From Paraspadella gotoi (Eukaryota; Animalia; Chaetognatha): a stretch of 24,215 nt of DNA. Position 1 is the first letter of the stretch. Each line of letters starts with the position of its first letter. This document shows positions 22,277 to 24,215 of the stretch, in pieces. Position numbers and translations under genes: made by a program. Below the pieces are notes generated by a model. It was given only the letters and a program-made list of their open reading frames with translations, was not told the origin of the DNA and did not search any database. The stretch covers positions 1-24,215 of the forward strand of contig JBJCIZ010000768.1 of NCBI GenBank assembly GCA_051294375.1. The letters run 5' to 3'.

Positions 22277-23021
22277 TCCTATGAAAAAAAGAGGATACTC
22301 TTCAAACTTATATTGCATTCTGAAAAACAAGTGGTCAAAAATATTTGTCATTTGAGTCGTTTTAAAAAACTTTGAAAATCAGTTAAAAAAACAAAAAATA
22401 TTTTGGCCTTAATTTTTTTTAATCAAGTTTGAATAAACAATGCCGAATCTGCTCACGATTATTATCGGTAATTAATTAATTTAATTAATTAGTTAATTAA
22501 TTTGATCCGAAATATTTTTAGGCTTTTTCGTCTTTGACCATGACAAAAGCAACGATGATGGGGACGACGATAATAATGCCGATAACGATGAATAACTTAT
22601 TTGATTTATTTATTGAGTAAATAATTTATAAATTGATGAATAAATTAATTAATTGAATATTGAATAATTAACTAATAGATAAATAAATTCATGGATTGAA
22701 TAATTAATTGATTGATTGACTAATGAATTGATTAACTGATTAATTTATTAATTAATACATCTTGTATTTACATTTAATATAAAAAGAAGCAAAATCAATT
22801 AGTAAAACAGGTTTTTTTGTTTTTTCCATTTAAACTCATTTCCATTTGGACGATTCTATCGAAATTTGGTTTCCAGTTTAATCACCTATTTTCTTACCCA
22901 TATACAAAATTTCAAGTCAATCACCTCATACAATCATGAGTAATTAGCGTTCAAAGCTAAAGGGGGATGGACGAATATCACTTTTTTTAACAATTTATTA
23001 TAATTTGATATTCTGATATGA
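22277..23021 (-). repeat. Right arm of long inverted repeat (truncated by gap)
   Basis: Reverse complement of 12431-13170. Confidence 0.95.
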
Positions 23022-23121
23022 NNNNNNNNNNNNNNNNNNNNNNNNNNNNNNNNNNNNNNNNNNNNNNNNNNNNNNNNNNNNNNNNNNNNNNNNNNNNNNN
23101 NNNNNNNNNNNNNNNNNNNNN
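23022..23121. other. Assembly gap (100 N)
   Basis: N run. Confidence 1.
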
Positions 23122-24042
23122 CCAGTCAGTTTGTTAAACGCTCATGAATCAAAAATTCCTGCGAGTCAAAACTTGTTTGATTTTAAAAAAAAATCATTGT
23201 TGTTACCAACAAACTTCATATATCTCTCTCAATATTTTTTTTTTTTTTTTTTTTTTTGTGAAATCGTTGTTTTGCATTGAGAAAATTTTGAATAATAATT
23301 AACGATTTATTTTAAGGTGTAGTGTACATGTTTCGACTTTTAAATTCAAGTCGTCATCAGCACTATATTGTTTAAAAATGGCGAATGTTCAATAAAGTAA
23401 TTTGTGATCCCAAAGTGTTTTAATTTTTTTAAACCTCCTTCTCTAGGACAGTGGGCGTGGCCAGATCCGTCAACTCCTTGGAAATCTCTGCTACCAGATG
23501 AGGACATTGAGCCCAAACTTTCAAACCATGATGATCCCAGACAAGACGTCAAAATGGCTTGGTGGCAATTTTTAGCAACAACAAATATCGCTGACCTTAT
23601 TTTACCTGCCCTGTCAATGATTGTCAGTTTATTTATTATTGTTATTTAATATCATTAATTTTTTTTCCTGTGTTTCCTTAAATTACTTTGATCACAAATC
23701 TTTAAAAAATGCATAAAAATTTCTCTTTAAAAATTAAAATGATAGTCAGCTGTTACACAGTTAATAGTTAAAGATAGTTATAGATATATTAGATACAGGC
23801 TTTTTTAACTAGTCGACCAATATCGCGGGTAATGAAAAATACATTCCTATGAAAAAAAGAGGATACTCTTCAAACTTATATTGCAATTTGCATTCTGAAA
23901 AACAAGTGGTCAAAAATATTTGTCATTTGAGTCGTTTTAAAAAACTTTGAAAATCAGTTTAAAAAAAATATATTTTTAGCCGTAATTTTTTTTTAATCAA
24001 GTTTTATCAAAGTTGATACCATGCCGGATCTGCCTCACGATT
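23122..24042 (+). repeat. Partial copy C: interior 3' part plus the first ~200 bp of the right arm (23845-24042)
   Basis: Colinear with A and B; empty at all three insertion sites. Confidence 0.9.
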
Positions 24043-24215
24043 CTTATCTCTTTCGATTCGTAAACTGCCTTTATATCTCTTCTGCTTTCTCATCTTCTAC
24101 TTGTCATGATTTGTTGTCTGACACATTTGTGGATGGGTGGCCGCCTGGATGATGCGGATCGGATTTCTGCCAGTAGCATGAGGTTTTTGCGCGCACTACC
24201 CGAACTTCTCAACTA

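Larger units (their letters stand above)
12431..23021. mobile_element. Non-autonomous long-TIR (foldback-like) DNA element hosting nested insertions; interior present in more than one copy
   Basis: Long inverted arms flank an AT-rich interior with no transposase of its own that I can recognise. True termini and TSD are not visible. Confidence 0.6.

Noticed and set aside
24045-24215. Minus-strand fragment faintly like a LINE C-terminus (IKAVYESKEI)
   Set aside because: Too short, interrupted by a stop and cut by the window edge.

Overview
AT-rich, CpG-undepleted eukaryotic DNA, most likely from an insect draft scaffold (inference). It has three N gaps (10125-10149, 17756-17855, 23022-23121), and repeat copies differ by many single-base indels, suggesting unpolished long-read gap filling. 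No intact, nameable host gene can be supported. The left half has possible frameshifted exons, long simple repeats and a T-rich block with several hairpins, including three tandem GC-rich hairpins at 6770-6910. The right half (about 12.4-24 kb) is a nest of transposable elements. Its frame is a long-inverted-repeat element (arms of at least 740 bp) whose interior appears in three gap-separated copies. Those copies carry different nested insertions: a complete 687-bp miniature LTR retrotransposon (TRIM; tRNA-Trp-type PBS, PPT, 4-bp TSD), a 655-bp hAT MITE with an 8-bp TSD, and a 2-kb internally deleted hATm-type transposon with transposase motifs and an intron. Copies A and B also share a TGT...CA MITE with a 4-bp TSD, a MITE with a telomere-like G-quadruplex core, and an inverted fragment of the TRIM LTR family. 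The sibling copies give empty-site controls for three of the insertions.
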